NCBI GenBank assembly: GCA_964291625.2
Contig: OZ220090.1
Coordinates: forward strand, 640,001-704,000
DNA length: 64,000 bases
From: Candidatus Latescibacterota bacterium
GTDB taxonomy: Bacteria; Latescibacterota; UBA2968; UBA8231
Direction: 5' to 3'
A program made the translations under genes and the position numbers. Positions 1 to 8,823 of this stretch are shown here, one piece after another (within the stretch, counting starts at the first letter, position 1; the number at the start of each line of letters is the position of its first letter). The notes under the pieces are model-generated. The model worked only from the letters and a program-made list of their open reading frames with translations, ran no database searches and had not been told where the DNA came from.

Positions 1-95
1 CACCAAGTCGCCCAGAAGTCGACGAGCACGGGCCTGTCGGACTCGAGGACTTCGGATTCGAAGTTGTCGTCGGTCAGGACGATCGGGTCGGCCAT
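1..95 (-). CDS. trxA: Thioredoxin, 5' part (runs off window edge)
   Basis: Manual translation [31 protein letters not shown], leading into the WC of WCxxC; GGAG RBS upstream; not in the ORF track. Confidence 0.9.
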   Translation of the reverse strand, partial: MADPIVLTDDNFESEVLESDRPVLVDFWATW

Positions 96-133
96 CGAGC
101 CTCCAGTTGGGTAAGTCAGTGTTTATCTGTCAC

Positions 134-1225
134 TTACTGTCTGTCCCCAATATACTGGGGGGCCTCTTTCCGTGTCAACCCAGGGGTTGTGCCCGGCCGG
201 GGTGGGACCAAGGCCGCCAGGCAGAGATCCAGCACCGCCCGGGAACGCGTTCTGCCTCCCCCGCCCTTGAGCAGATCGTCGGTCCGTCGCAGAGCGCTCA
301 GCCCCCGCCAGAGGGCGCCGGACGGGAACCGGCGGGCCTGTTGCCGGTAGGATTCCATGAAGAAGGGCGCGACTCCCAGGCTGCGCGCCATCTGATCCTT
401 CGACAGCGCCTCTTTCTCGAGCTGCTGGGTGCGAAGCAGCAGTTGCAGATGGCGCGCCATGAGCGGCAGGATGCGGTTCGGCTCCTCGCCCTGCTCCAGC
501 AGCGCATGCAGCAGGCCCGCCGCACCCCGGCGGTCCGCCCGACCCACGGCATCGGTGAAGTCGAAGACGCTCTCGCCCCGGGTGCCGACAAGGGCTTCCA
601 CGTCCTCATCCCTCACCGCCCTGGCCCCGCTGACGTAGAGAGACAGCTTGTCGAGCTCATTGGCCAGCTCCGACAGATGGTTTCCCACGTACATCCTCAG
701 GCGCTCCACGGCACCGGGGGAGAGCTCCACCTTGCGCTCGGCCGCCATCTCGCGGATCACCTCCGGCAACTGGTTGTCGTAGGGAACCCGGAACTCACAG
801 CCGATCCCTTGTTTCGCCAGTTGCGAGTAGAAGCGGCGGCGCATGTCGACCTTGCCGCCCACGGCGAGCAGGACCGAGCTCTCGGAGGGGTTGTCGACGA
901 TCGGCTCGAGGGCCTTGCACAACGGCGGTGTCAGACGCTCGACGTTGCGCAGGGCCACCACCCGGTGGGTCGTCATCATCGGATAGGAGTAGTAGACGTC
1001 GAGCAGCCTTTGCGGATCGAGAGTGTCGCCATGAAACCGGTCGACGTTGAAGTCGGCCGCCGCCTCGGGCCGGAGACGTTCCATGAGCCACTCGTAGAGG
1101 CCCTCGCGGCGGTAAGCCTCCTCGCCGTGGAGCAGATAGAAGCCCGCCCCCTCGCCCCTTTCGACGTGGCGGCGCACGGCCTCCGGACTCCATCGAGCCG
1201 AGCGGGAACGCTTTGCCGCGCTCAC
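134..1225 (-). CDS. holA: DNA polymerase III delta subunit
   Basis: YLLHGEEAY, ADFNVDRFHG, YPMMTTHRVV, ELANELDKLSLY, SVFDFTDAV motifs; GTG start overlaps the upstream stop. Confidence 0.9.
   Translation of the reverse strand: MSAAKRSRSARWSPEAVRRHVERGEGAGFYLLHGEEAYRREGLYEWLMERLRPEAAADFNVDRFHGDTLDPQRLLDVYYSYPMMTTHRVVALRNVERLTPPLCKALEPIVDNPSESSVLLAVGGKVDMRRRFYSQLAKQGIGCEFRVPYDNQLPEVIREMAAERKVELSPGAVERLRMYVGNHLSELANELDKLSLYVSGARAVRDEDVEALVGTRGESVFDFTDAVGRADRRGAAGLLHALLEQGEEPNRILPLMARHLQLLLRTQQLEKEALSKDQMARSLGVAPFFMESYRQQARRFPSGALWRGLSALRRTDDLLKGGGGRTRSRAVLDLCLAALVPPRPGTTPGLTRKEAPQYIGDRQ
149..178 (-). promoter_or_regulatory. Sigma-70-type promoter for trxA, inside the holA 3' end
   Basis: TTGACA-18 nt-TATATT on the minus strand. 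Confidence 0.65.
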
Positions 1226-1401
1226 GGCGCCCCCTCCTTCGGGGACCGGTCCGCCGCATCCTCGAACTCGGCCTCCACGACGCGGCGGCGGTCGAAGGGT
1301 GCGCGGGCCCTTTCGCCATCGTCGGCCCCGGACCGGCCGATGGACCGGATCAGGCGATAGCCAAGCCCGCAAAGCAGACCGAAGAGAAGGAGCTTGATCA
1401 A
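1222..1401 (-). CDS. Small single-pass membrane protein (59 aa)
   Basis: TTG start; MIKLLLFGLLCGLGYRLIRS...RRVVEAEFED; stop overlaps the holA start (GTGA); promoter just upstream. Confidence 0.65.
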   Translation of the reverse strand: MIKLLLFGLLCGLGYRLIRSIGRSGADDGERARAPFDRRRVVEAEFEDAADRSPKEGAP

Positions 1402-1436
1402 GGTGGATACTCGTGAGGGATGAGGAGACCGGTCGC

Positions 1437-1465
1437 AAACTACCGGGGTGTCCGGCAGGGGTCAA
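1437..1465 (-). promoter_or_regulatory. Sigma-70-type promoter for small ORF-holA
   Basis: TTGACC-17 nt-TAGTTT. Confidence 0.6.
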
Positions 1466-1508
1466 ACAGAGGGGGTGGGCCCTTCCACGGTTCTGAAGGA
1501 CCTGGCGA

Positions 1509-3740
1509 TCAGCGCTGCCGGCGCTTCCCGGCCCGGCCCCGCCCGCTCCTTCCGGCCGATCGACGGCCCTGACGCGCCGCCCGGGCCGAGGCTCTGCGAT
1601 CGCCGCGGCCCCCCGGCCGCGCCTCACGCGACCGCCTCGACCTCCCGTCCCCGCGAACCTCGAGAACCTGGAGGTCCATCCGCCGCGAAGAGGGCTCGAC
1701 ATGCCCCACCCTCACCCGCACGGAGGTGCCGAGGGCGAGGACGAGGCCGGTGCGGCGGCCCCGCAGACGGTGGCGCAACTCGTCGAACTCGAAGTCGTCG
1801 CCGGGGAGCAGGCGCTGGGGGCAGAACCCCTCCACCAGCCACTTGTCCAGCTCGACGAAGAGGCCGGCGCCCACCACCCCCGACACGGTCCCGTCCACCT
1901 CCTCCCCCAGGCGCCGGGCCATGAACCGCAACTGCTTGATCCGCCGGTAGTCACGCTCGGCCGCCTCGGCCCGACGTTGACAGTGGCTGGTCCACTCGCC
2001 GAGCCACTCCACATCCTCCGCGTCCGACCCCTCGACATCGAGGAGATGGTCCCTCAGGAGGCGGTGGACGAGGAGGTCGGGATAGCGGCGGATCGGAGAG
2101 GTGAAGTGGAGGTAGGGTTCGACGGCGAGACCGAAATGGGAACTGGAGGCGGCGGCGTACCGGGCCCGCATCATGGAGCGCAGCATCAACTCGCCCAGGA
2201 GCTTGGAGTCGCGCCGGCTCTGGAGGGCCTCCAGGGTGTGCTGAAGTTGAGCGCTGGTCACGGATACCGAAGGAGGCAGCCGGCGGCCGAGAGATCCGGC
2301 CAGCGTGCGGAAGCGGTCGAGTTTCTCCGGGTCCGGTGGATCGTGGACCCTGTAGAGAACGGGAAGACCGGCCTCGAGAGCCCTTGAGGCTACGGCCTCG
2401 TTGGCGGCCAGCATGCATTCCTCGACGAGCCGGTGGCTGCGCCCGCGAAGGCCGCGGGCGAGACGGACCGGCACGCCGTCGCCGCCGACTTCGACGACCG
2501 CTTCGGGGAGGTCGAAGTCGATGGCTCCGCGATCCAGCCGCCGCGCCCGAAGTCGCTCCCCGAGGTCGCACATCTGCCTCAGGAGATCCCGGTGGCCAGC
2601 CGCACAACCGGCAGCGGCGCCGTTCTCGAGGGCGGACTCGACCTGGGCATAGGTCAGCCGCGCTGCCGACCGGACCACCGACAGATGGAAGCGGCTCTCG
2701 AGGACCCTCCCGGCTCCATCGATGTCGATGAAAACGCTGACGGCGAGCCTGTCCTCCCCCGGAGCCAGAGTGCAGAGGCCCGTGGCCACGCCGGAGGGCA
2801 GCATGTGGATGACCCGGTCGAGGAGGTAGACGGAGGTTCCCCGCTTCCGGGCCTGTGCATCGATGGCGCAGCCCCGGGGGACGTAGTGGGCCACGTCGGC
2901 GATGTGGACGCCGAGGCGCTGACAACCATCGGGAAGGGACTCTAGGGAGACGGCGTCGTCGTAGTCACGCGCCTCCTCGGGGTCCACTGTCAGGACCGTC
3001 AGATCCCGAAGGTCGAGACGCCGCTCCAGCTCCCGCTCGCGATCCACCCCGGCATCGGCCACCAAGGCCCCCGCCTCGGCCTCGGCCAGGGGATCCGCCG
3101 CGGTCGGGATCCCGTGGCCGGCCGTGGCCGCCTCGAGATCGTGACGGGGATCCTCGGGGCTGCCGATCACGCGGACGAGTCGGCCCCGGCCCGCCCGCCC
3201 CGAAGCGGCCTCCACCTCCACCACGACGAGATCACCCTCCCCCGGTGGATCGGACATGGCATCGTCGAGATGGACCAGGGAATCGGCGGTGGCGACCGCG
3301 CCGTGGCGGCCACGATGGCGGTAGATTCCCACCCTCGGGCGCGGAGTGGCCGCACGGGTGCCGGCGATGCGCCCACGGGACCGCTTCCCCCGCTTGCCTG
3401 GCTCGGTGACCTCCACCTCCACCCAGTCCCCGTCGGCCGCACCGGACAGATCCTCGGCGGGAACGAAGAGATCGGGTTGGCTGCTGCGGGACACGAGGCC
3501 GAAGCCGCGCGCATGGATGGAGAGGCGTCCCCAGGATCTCTTGGTGGAGGCGGCCAGGACGAAGCGCTGGCGCCCGACGCGCCTGACCTCGCCCGCCTCC
3601 TCCAGATCCCGCATGGCCGCCCGGAAGAGTCGGTACTCGTGGCTGCCCACACCGAGGCGGCGGGCCAGGTCCTTCAGCTTGGCTGGCCGGTAGCCGTCAC
3701 CTGAGAGGTGCGAGAGGATCTGCTCACGGAAACGGATCAC
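1509..3740 (-). CDS. rnr: Ribonuclease R
   Basis: N-terminal HTH, cold-shock domain (RGFG), RNB catalytic DPEEARDYDDA, HFGLA..YLHFTSPIRRYPDL, S1 domain, basic tail. Confidence 0.93.
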   Translation of the reverse strand: MIRFREQILSHLSGDGYRPAKLKDLARRLGVGSHEYRLFRAAMRDLEEAGEVRRVGRQRFVLAASTKRSWGRLSIHARGFGLVSRSSQPDLFVPAEDLSGAADGDWVEVEVTEPGKRGKRSRGRIAGTRAATPRPRVGIYRHRGRHGAVATADSLVHLDDAMSDPPGEGDLVVVEVEAASGRAGRGRLVRVIGSPEDPRHDLEAATAGHGIPTAADPLAEAEAGALVADAGVDRERELERRLDLRDLTVLTVDPEEARDYDDAVSLESLPDGCQRLGVHIADVAHYVPRGCAIDAQARKRGTSVYLLDRVIHMLPSGVATGLCTLAPGEDRLAVSVFIDIDGAGRVLESRFHLSVVRSAARLTYAQVESALENGAAAGCAAGHRDLLRQMCDLGERLRARRLDRGAIDFDLPEAVVEVGGDGVPVRLARGLRGRSHRLVEECMLAANEAVASRALEAGLPVLYRVHDPPDPEKLDRFRTLAGSLGRRLPPSVSVTSAQLQHTLEALQSRRDSKLLGELMLRSMMRARYAAASSSHFGLAVEPYLHFTSPIRRYPDLLVHRLLRDHLLDVEGSDAEDVEWLGEWTSHCQRRAEAAERDYRRIKQLRFMARRLGEEVDGTVSGVVGAGLFVELDKWLVEGFCPQRLLPGDDFEFDELRHRLRGRRTGLVLALGTSVRVRVGHVEPSSRRMDLQVLEVRGDGRSRRSREARPGGRGDRRASARAARQGRRSAGRSGRGRAGKRRQR

Positions 3741-3763
3741 GGGAGGGGATCATCAGACAGCCA

Positions 3764-3800
3764 GAAAGAAAAGGGGGCCCCGGACCGGCCGGGCCGCCCT
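3764..3800 (-). terminator. Probable intrinsic terminator after the lipoprotein gene
   Basis: GC-rich imperfect hairpin followed by TTTTTCTTT on the minus strand. Confidence 0.5.
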
Positions 3801-3835
3801 CCGGTGAGGCCCGGTGAGGCCGCCGCGTTCAGCCT

Positions 3836-4297
3836 TCAGTCCTGGCCGGGCCAGGACAGTCCGGGCTCGCCGGGACGGTCCGCCTCCGCCCAGAGCTTGG
3901 CCAGATTGTTGACATGCACCACGTAGCCCTCCTCGACCTGGTCGATCTGGCGCAGGCCGCTGATCGTGAAGGTCGGGAAGTCCGGCTCCACCAGCTTGGT
4001 CAGCGAGGATTGGAGGTCGCGCTTCAAGGCGTTGTGTCCCGCCTTGATGAACTTGTCCTTCGTGTGCCCGAAGCTCTCCATGTCGGCCAGGTAGGCCTCG
4101 ATCGTCTCCCGCAGTCCAGCCGCCTTGCTCGGCTGGTCCGACTTCAGATAGAAACGATACTCCACGAGCTTCTGGTTGTACTTGTCCATCTGCTTCAGCT
4201 GCTCGACGTACGGTCCCAACTCGTCCACTGCCTCGCCGCACCCAGCCACGGCGGCGGCCACCAGGAACGCCCTTGCTGCTGCGCCTGCGCAACTCAT
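3836..4297 (-). CDS. Hypothetical helical lipoprotein
   Basis: Lipobox-like VAGC, strong AAGGAGG RBS, coding-like composition. Confidence 0.75.
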   Translation of the reverse strand: MSCAGAAARAFLVAAAVAGCGEAVDELGPYVEQLKQMDKYNQKLVEYRFYLKSDQPSKAAGLRETIEAYLADMESFGHTKDKFIKAGHNALKRDLQSSLTKLVEPDFPTFTISGLRQIDQVEEGYVVHVNNLAKLWAEADRPGEPGLSWPGQD

Positions 4298-4472
4298 TAC
4301 TCGCCTCCTTCGGGTGGTTGGACCTCGCCGGAAGCGCGGGCCGACTCAGTCGGTGCCGGAAGCTCCGGACCCGCCAGGTCCACGGCGGAGAAACAGGGCA
4401 GTTCCACATGGCCCGTCAAGGGAGACGGACCGGGTGAGGAGGACCGGAGAGTCCGCGAGATCGGCCCGGAAG

Positions 4473-5249
4473 TCATCCCTCCCGAAGATGGCAGAGGATG
4501 TCCTCTCGGAGCCGGCCGTTCGTCGACACGCCGTCCCCGCCGTGGATCGTGGGTTGCCCCTGCCAGTCGGTGAAGGAGCCGCCCGCCTCCTCCAGGATCA
4601 CCGGAAGGGGGCCGCAGTCCCAGGGACTGATGATCGGATCCAGCATCGCCTCGGCGCGTCCCGTGGCCACGAGGATGTGTCCGTAGCAGTCCCCCCAGCC
4701 CCTCTCGAGGCGGGCCCGGGGCGCGAGGGCTTCCCAGGCGCCCTGACGGCCGCACTCGGCAAAGCTCCGGGCGGAGGTATGGCAGATCGACGCATCGGAC
4801 AGCCGGCCAACCGCCGAGACCCGGGCGCGGCGCCCGTTCCAGAAGCAGCCCTCGCCCCTCGAGGCGCACACCATCTCGTCCAGGGCGGGAAGGTATACGG
4901 CCCCCGCCAGGCAGGTGTCGCGTGGACCCTCCAGCCCGATCAGAACGCCGTAGAGAGGCACCCCGGAGACGAAGGACTTCGTGCCGTCGATGGGGTCCAC
5001 GTACCACGTTCGACCCGATCTGGACTCGACGGGGTCGAACTCCTCGCCCACGATACCGTCGTCGGGGTAGGAGGCCCGGAGCCCCTGCCGGATGATCGTC
5101 TCCGCCTCCCGGTCCGCCGCGGTCACCGGGGACTCGTCCTCCTTTAGCTCGGCCACGACGCCGGTCTGGTAGTGCCGCAAGGTCAGCCGCCCCGCCTTCC
5201 AGGCGAGGTGGACGGCCACCTCCATCTCCAGGCGCCAGCTCGCGCTCAT
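4473..5249 (-). CDS. hisN: Histidinol-phosphatase, inositol monophosphatase family
   Basis: SPVTAADREAE, GEE, WYVDPIDGTKSF, GDCYGH, SPWD motifs. Confidence 0.8.
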   Translation of the reverse strand: MSASWRLEMEVAVHLAWKAGRLTLRHYQTGVVAELKEDESPVTAADREAETIIRQGLRASYPDDGIVGEEFDPVESRSGRTWYVDPIDGTKSFVSGVPLYGVLIGLEGPRDTCLAGAVYLPALDEMVCASRGEGCFWNGRRARVSAVGRLSDASICHTSARSFAECGRQGAWEALAPRARLERGWGDCYGHILVATGRAEAMLDPIISPWDCGPLPVILEEAGGSFTDWQGQPTIHGGDGVSTNGRLREDILCHLREG

Positions 5250-5289
5250 GGCCGCGCGGGGGGAACCCACTCCCTCCAGGTTTCCGGGG

Positions 5290-5439
5290 TCACGGCCTCT
5301 CCTCCCTCCACCTTTCCTCGCCCGTTGTCTGGGCGGAGGCCAGGACCGCCCGGACGCGGTTGCGGAACAGCTTGATGCGGTCTTCTACCTCCTCGATGGA
5401 ACGCAGCAGTTCCTCCTCGACACCTGTGTCGGCAGACAC
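5290..5439 (-). CDS. Small helical protein (49 aa)
   Basis: GTG start with GAGGAG RBS; MSADTGVEEELLRSIEEVEDRIKLFRNRVRAVLASA...; below the ORF-track cutoff. Confidence 0.55.
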   Translation of the reverse strand: MSADTGVEEELLRSIEEVEDRIKLFRNRVRAVLASAQTTGEERWREERP

Positions 5440-5573
5440 GGTTCCGTCTCCTCGTTTTGGACATCGGGGAACGGGTCGGCGACCGGCTCGGGGGGTGAGC
5501 AGCGATCGACGGCAGGGAGGGTCGAACGGTCGGCGCGGCTCCTTTCGGGATGCCGTGCCAGGGGATCCGGGCC

Positions 5574-6434
5574 TCAGGCCCGGCTGTACGTGCGCAACTG
5601 ATCGCAGCGGCTGGGGTGCCGCAGGCGATGCAGAGCCTTCTCCTTGATCTGGCGGACACGCTCCCTCGTCAGATCGAAGCGGGCGCCGATCTGGTCGAGG
5701 GTCATCGGTTCCTCGCCATCGAGACCGAAGTAGAGCCGCAGGATCTCGGCTTCGCGGCTGAGCAGACTTCCCAGGGCGCTGTCAATCTGGCCGCGCAGAC
5801 ACCCTTTCATCACCTCGATCTCCGGTGACTCCTGCCGGTCGTCGGGAAGCACGTCGAGGAGGCTGTGCTCCTCCTCCTCGCGGAAGGTCGCATCGAGAGA
5901 CCGCACCCGGCGGCCGCAGAGGATCGTCTCCTTCACCTCCTCCACCGGCACGTTCAACTCGGCGGCAATGTCCTCCGGCTCGGGAGCGTCGGCCCGCTGC
6001 TGCATGAGCTGGCGCGAGGCCTTTGAGATCTTGTAGAGCAGGCCGATCTTGTTGAGGGGCATGCGGACGGTGCGCGCCTGCTCGGCGAGGGTTTGCAGAA
6101 TCGCCTGGCGAATCCACCAGACGGCGTAGGAGATGAACTTGAAGCCCTTCTCCTCGTCGAAACGCTCGGCCGCGGTGATCAGGCCCATGTTGCCCGCGCT
6201 GATCAGATCGGCGAGGGGGACTCCGCGGTTCTGGTACTCCTTGGCCACGCTCACTACAAAACGCAGGTTGGCCTCGACGAGGGCGTTCCTCGCGCTCTCG
6301 TCGCCGGCCTTGATCCTGCGGGCCAGCGCCACCTCCTCCCCCGCGGAAAGAGGCTTGGAACTGGAGATCTCCCCGAGATAGCTGCCGAGGGAGTCCTCCA
6401 TGTCCCAGAAGGGAGCCTTCGCTTGCTCGGCCAT
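5574..6434 (-). CDS. RNA polymerase sigma-70 factor, RpoD/SigA family, lacking region 1.1
   Basis: YLGEI (1.2), ANLRFVVSVAK, KFISYAVWWIRQ (2.3/2.4), LTRERVRQIKEKAL (4.2). Confidence 0.93.
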   Translation of the reverse strand: MAEQAKAPFWDMEDSLGSYLGEISSSKPLSAGEEVALARRIKAGDESARNALVEANLRFVVSVAKEYQNRGVPLADLISAGNMGLITAAERFDEEKGFKFISYAVWWIRQAILQTLAEQARTVRMPLNKIGLLYKISKASRQLMQQRADAPEPEDIAAELNVPVEEVKETILCGRRVRSLDATFREEEEHSLLDVLPDDRQESPEIEVMKGCLRGQIDSALGSLLSREAEILRLYFGLDGEEPMTLDQIGARFDLTRERVRQIKEKALHRLRHPSRCDQLRTYSRA

Positions 6435-6512
6435 GCCCCTCGCCTGTGGACCGGAGCCGGCGACACGAACAGGACAGCCGGACCCGGGTGATACCGTGTG
6501 CCGCAGGCCGCA

Positions 6513-6542
6513 AAAGTAATCGGCTCCAAGAGAGGCTGTCAA
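6513..6542 (-). promoter_or_regulatory. Sigma-70-type promoter for the sigma gene
   Basis: TTGACA-18 nt-TACTTT. Confidence 0.55.
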
Positions 6543-6596
6543 GCTTCCCCCGGGCACCCTGGCCGACCGGCTCGCCAGGGAGGTCGGGCGTCTGGC

Positions 6597-7328
6597 TCAG
6601 GGCCCTTTCAAGGCACGGCTCTGAGCCCGTATCAACCGCTCGATCCCCACTGCGGCCAGCTCGATCAGGTCGGCGCACTCCCGGCGTTTCAAGGGCGATC
6701 CCTCGGCCGTCGCCTGGACTTCGACGATCTCGCCGGCGGCAGTCATCACCGCGTTGAGATCGGTATCGGCCGAAGCGTCCTCCACATAGCACAGGTCCAG
6801 CATCGGGGAGCCGCCCACGATTCCGGAGCTCACGGCCGCCACCTGGGTGGTCACGGGATCCGCGGCCAGCACGCCGTCGGCCTGCCATCGCCGGACCCCC
6901 AGGCGAAGGGCCACGAAGGCGCCGGTGATCGCCGCGGTGCGGGTTCCCCCATCCGCCTGCAGCACGTCGCAGTCGACGTATACCGTGCGCTCGCCGAGAA
7001 CGGACAGGTCGACGGCGGCCCTCAAGGAGCGTCCGATGAGCCGTTGGATCTCGCGCGAGCGGCTGTTCGGTCGGCCGGTGGAGGCCTCCCGGGTGATTCG
7101 CTGCGGCGAGGAGCCGGGCAGCATGCCGTACTCGGCGGTCAGCCAGCCCTTGCCCCGTCCCGTGAGAAAAGGGGGTACCCGCTCCTCGAGAGAGGCCGTG
7201 CACATCACCCGGGTCCGGCCCATCTCCATGAGAACCGCCCCGGGGGCCGTGTCGACGAAACCGGGGGTGATGCGCACCGGTCGCAGCTGATCCGGCTCCC
7301 GTCCGTCGGCCCGCCGGGAACCGGTCAC
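6597..7328 (-). CDS. rph: Ribonuclease PH
   Basis: GWLTAEYGMLP, EIQRLIGRSLR, DCDVLQADGGTRTAAITG; GTG start overlaps the upstream stop. Confidence 0.95.
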   Translation of the reverse strand: MTGSRRADGREPDQLRPVRITPGFVDTAPGAVLMEMGRTRVMCTASLEERVPPFLTGRGKGWLTAEYGMLPGSSPQRITREASTGRPNSRSREIQRLIGRSLRAAVDLSVLGERTVYVDCDVLQADGGTRTAAITGAFVALRLGVRRWQADGVLAADPVTTQVAAVSSGIVGGSPMLDLCYVEDASADTDLNAVMTAAGEIVEVQATAEGSPLKRRECADLIELAAVGIERLIRAQSRALKGP

Positions 7329-8145
7329 GACTCCATGTAGGAGCGGTAGTCCTGCCCCTCCATGTCGACGACGTAGCACATCTCCACCAGACGCGACAGG
7401 ATCCGCCCCCCTCGGGCTCCCCCATCTCCTCGCGTGATTGGTTGGTGGTAACGATGGTGAAGCGTTCTTCGCCGTAGCGGGCGTCGACCAGATCGTAGAG
7501 CATCTCCTTCTCCCACGCGGTGCCGCGCTCGACGCCGAAATCATCTAGCACCAGATAGGGGATATTGCACAGTTCCTCGATGATTTGCCAGGTGCGACCG
7601 TAGTGCTCGCTCTCCTGGGAGTAAGTGGCGCGCACCTTCTGGAAATAGCGCGACAGGTTGACGAATCGTCCGGCCCGCGCCCTCCGGAGCAGCACCTCGT
7701 TCAGCAGGATGCAGGCCAGAAGGCTCTTTCCGGTGCCGGGCGGCCCGTGGAACAGGTAGCCCCGCCTGGGGTCCCGATCGTCGTTCACCAGGGCGGTCAC
7801 GTAGTCGAGGACGGGCCGTACGCGGCGCTCTACCAGGAGAGCGGTACCGTCGGGAGCCAGGGCCTGGAAATCACCGCGGAACTTGAAGCGGAAGCGGGTC
7901 GGCACCTCGGCCTCGCGGAACAGGCTCTTCAGGTGCGCCAGACGGCGGCGGGCGGTATGGCAGGGACACCACCTGCGCTGGGAGTCGTCATCCCAGAACT
8001 GGTAGGGCGGGCGGCCGTTGCACCGGCACAGGTCGGAGATGCACGAACACAGGACCAGGTCTCCGAAGCGGCCGACCTCCACCTTGCCGTCGTAGCGCAC
8101 ACCGTGGCCGCCGCAGACGGAGCACGGCTCGGCCGGCTGCGTCAT
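7325..8145 (-). CDS. DnaC/IstB-family AAA+ ATPase with Cys-rich N-terminus; apparent frameshift near 7406-7411
   Basis: CSVC, CSC, CRC, CPC; Walker A GPPGTGKS; Walker B LVLDDFG; TIVTTN; the C-terminal RILSRLVEMC..EGQDYR lies in the next frame after a G6 run. Confidence 0.85.
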
Positions 8146-8633
8146 CGTCCGCCCCTCGCGGCCAGAGCCCTGTCGACGGCGAGCCTCGCGTCGCGCCGGG
8201 CGATCTCCCGGCGCCGATCGTACTCTCGCTTCCCGCGGACCACGCCGATCTCGACCTTGGCCCGACCACGTTGGAAGAACAACCGGAGAGGGACCATGGT
8301 GAGCCCCTTCTCCTCGGTGCGGACGGCCAATCGACGGATTTCAGCCCGGTGAAGAAGCAGCTTCCGGGATCTGCCAGGGTCGTGGTTGGCGCGGTTGCCC
8401 CCGGCGTAAGGCTCGATCCGGACCCCGTGCAGAAAAACCTCCCCGTTCTCGATTCGGGCGTACCCATCGCTCAGGTTGGCGTCCCCGCTGCGCAGGGACT
8501 TTACCTCCGTGCCTGCCAGAACCAGACCGGCCACCACGGTGTCCAGGATCTCGTAGTCGTAGGGTGCTCGCCGGTTCCTCGCCACGAGGTGCAGGCCCCC
8601 CTCCGGGGTGCTGTGATCCTGCCTGCTCGGCAT
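8142..8633 (-). CDS. smpB: SsrA-binding protein
   Basis: NRRAPYDY, GLVLAGTEVKSLR, RKLLLHRAEI, GKREYDRR. Confidence 0.96.
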   Translation of the reverse strand: MPSRQDHSTPEGGLHLVARNRRAPYDYEILDTVVAGLVLAGTEVKSLRSGDANLSDGYARIENGEVFLHGVRIEPYAGGNRANHDPGRSRKLLLHRAEIRRLAVRTEEKGLTMVPLRLFFQRGRAKVEIGVVRGKREYDRRREIARRDARLAVDRALAARGGR

Positions 8634-8643
8634 CCCTGTTTCC

Positions 8644-8671
8644 TTGACGGGAACGGCGCCGGATCTAAGTT
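8644..8671 (+). promoter_or_regulatory. Promoter for tRNA-Leu
   Basis: TTGACG-16 nt-TAAGTT about 20 nt upstream of the tRNA. Confidence 0.65.
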
Positions 8672-8690
8672 ACGATGGCCCGTGCGGAGT

Positions 8691-8777
8691 GCCGATGTGG
8701 CGAAATTGGTAGACGCGCTGCGTTCAGGGCGCAGTGGGGATTTCCCCGTGGGGGTTCGAGTCCCTCCATCGGCACCA
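8691..8777 (+). tRNA. tRNA-Leu(CAG)
   Basis: GCCGATG/CATCGGC acceptor stem, anticodon arm CTGCG-TTCAGGG-CGCAG, long variable arm, GGTTCGAGTCC T-loop, encoded CCA. Confidence 0.97.
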
Positions 8778-8788
8778 GGAATCGAAGG

Positions 8789-8823
8789 AGCGGCGGTCCG
8801 GAATGGGCCGCCGCTTTTTCTTT
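8789..8823 (+). terminator. Intrinsic terminator of tRNA-Leu
   Basis: AGCGGCGGTCC-GGAAT-GGGCCGCCGCT followed by TTTTCTTT. Confidence 0.85.

Noticed and set aside
5782-8145. 787-aa ORF as a giant ATPase fusion
   Set aside because: Only about the first 240 aa are DnaC-like. The rest is out-of-frame readthrough over rph and the sigma gene caused by the frameshift.
7325-8145. IS21 element or programmed frameshift
   Set aside because: No istA, terminal inverted repeats or canonical slippery heptamer; the gene is coupled to housekeeping genes.
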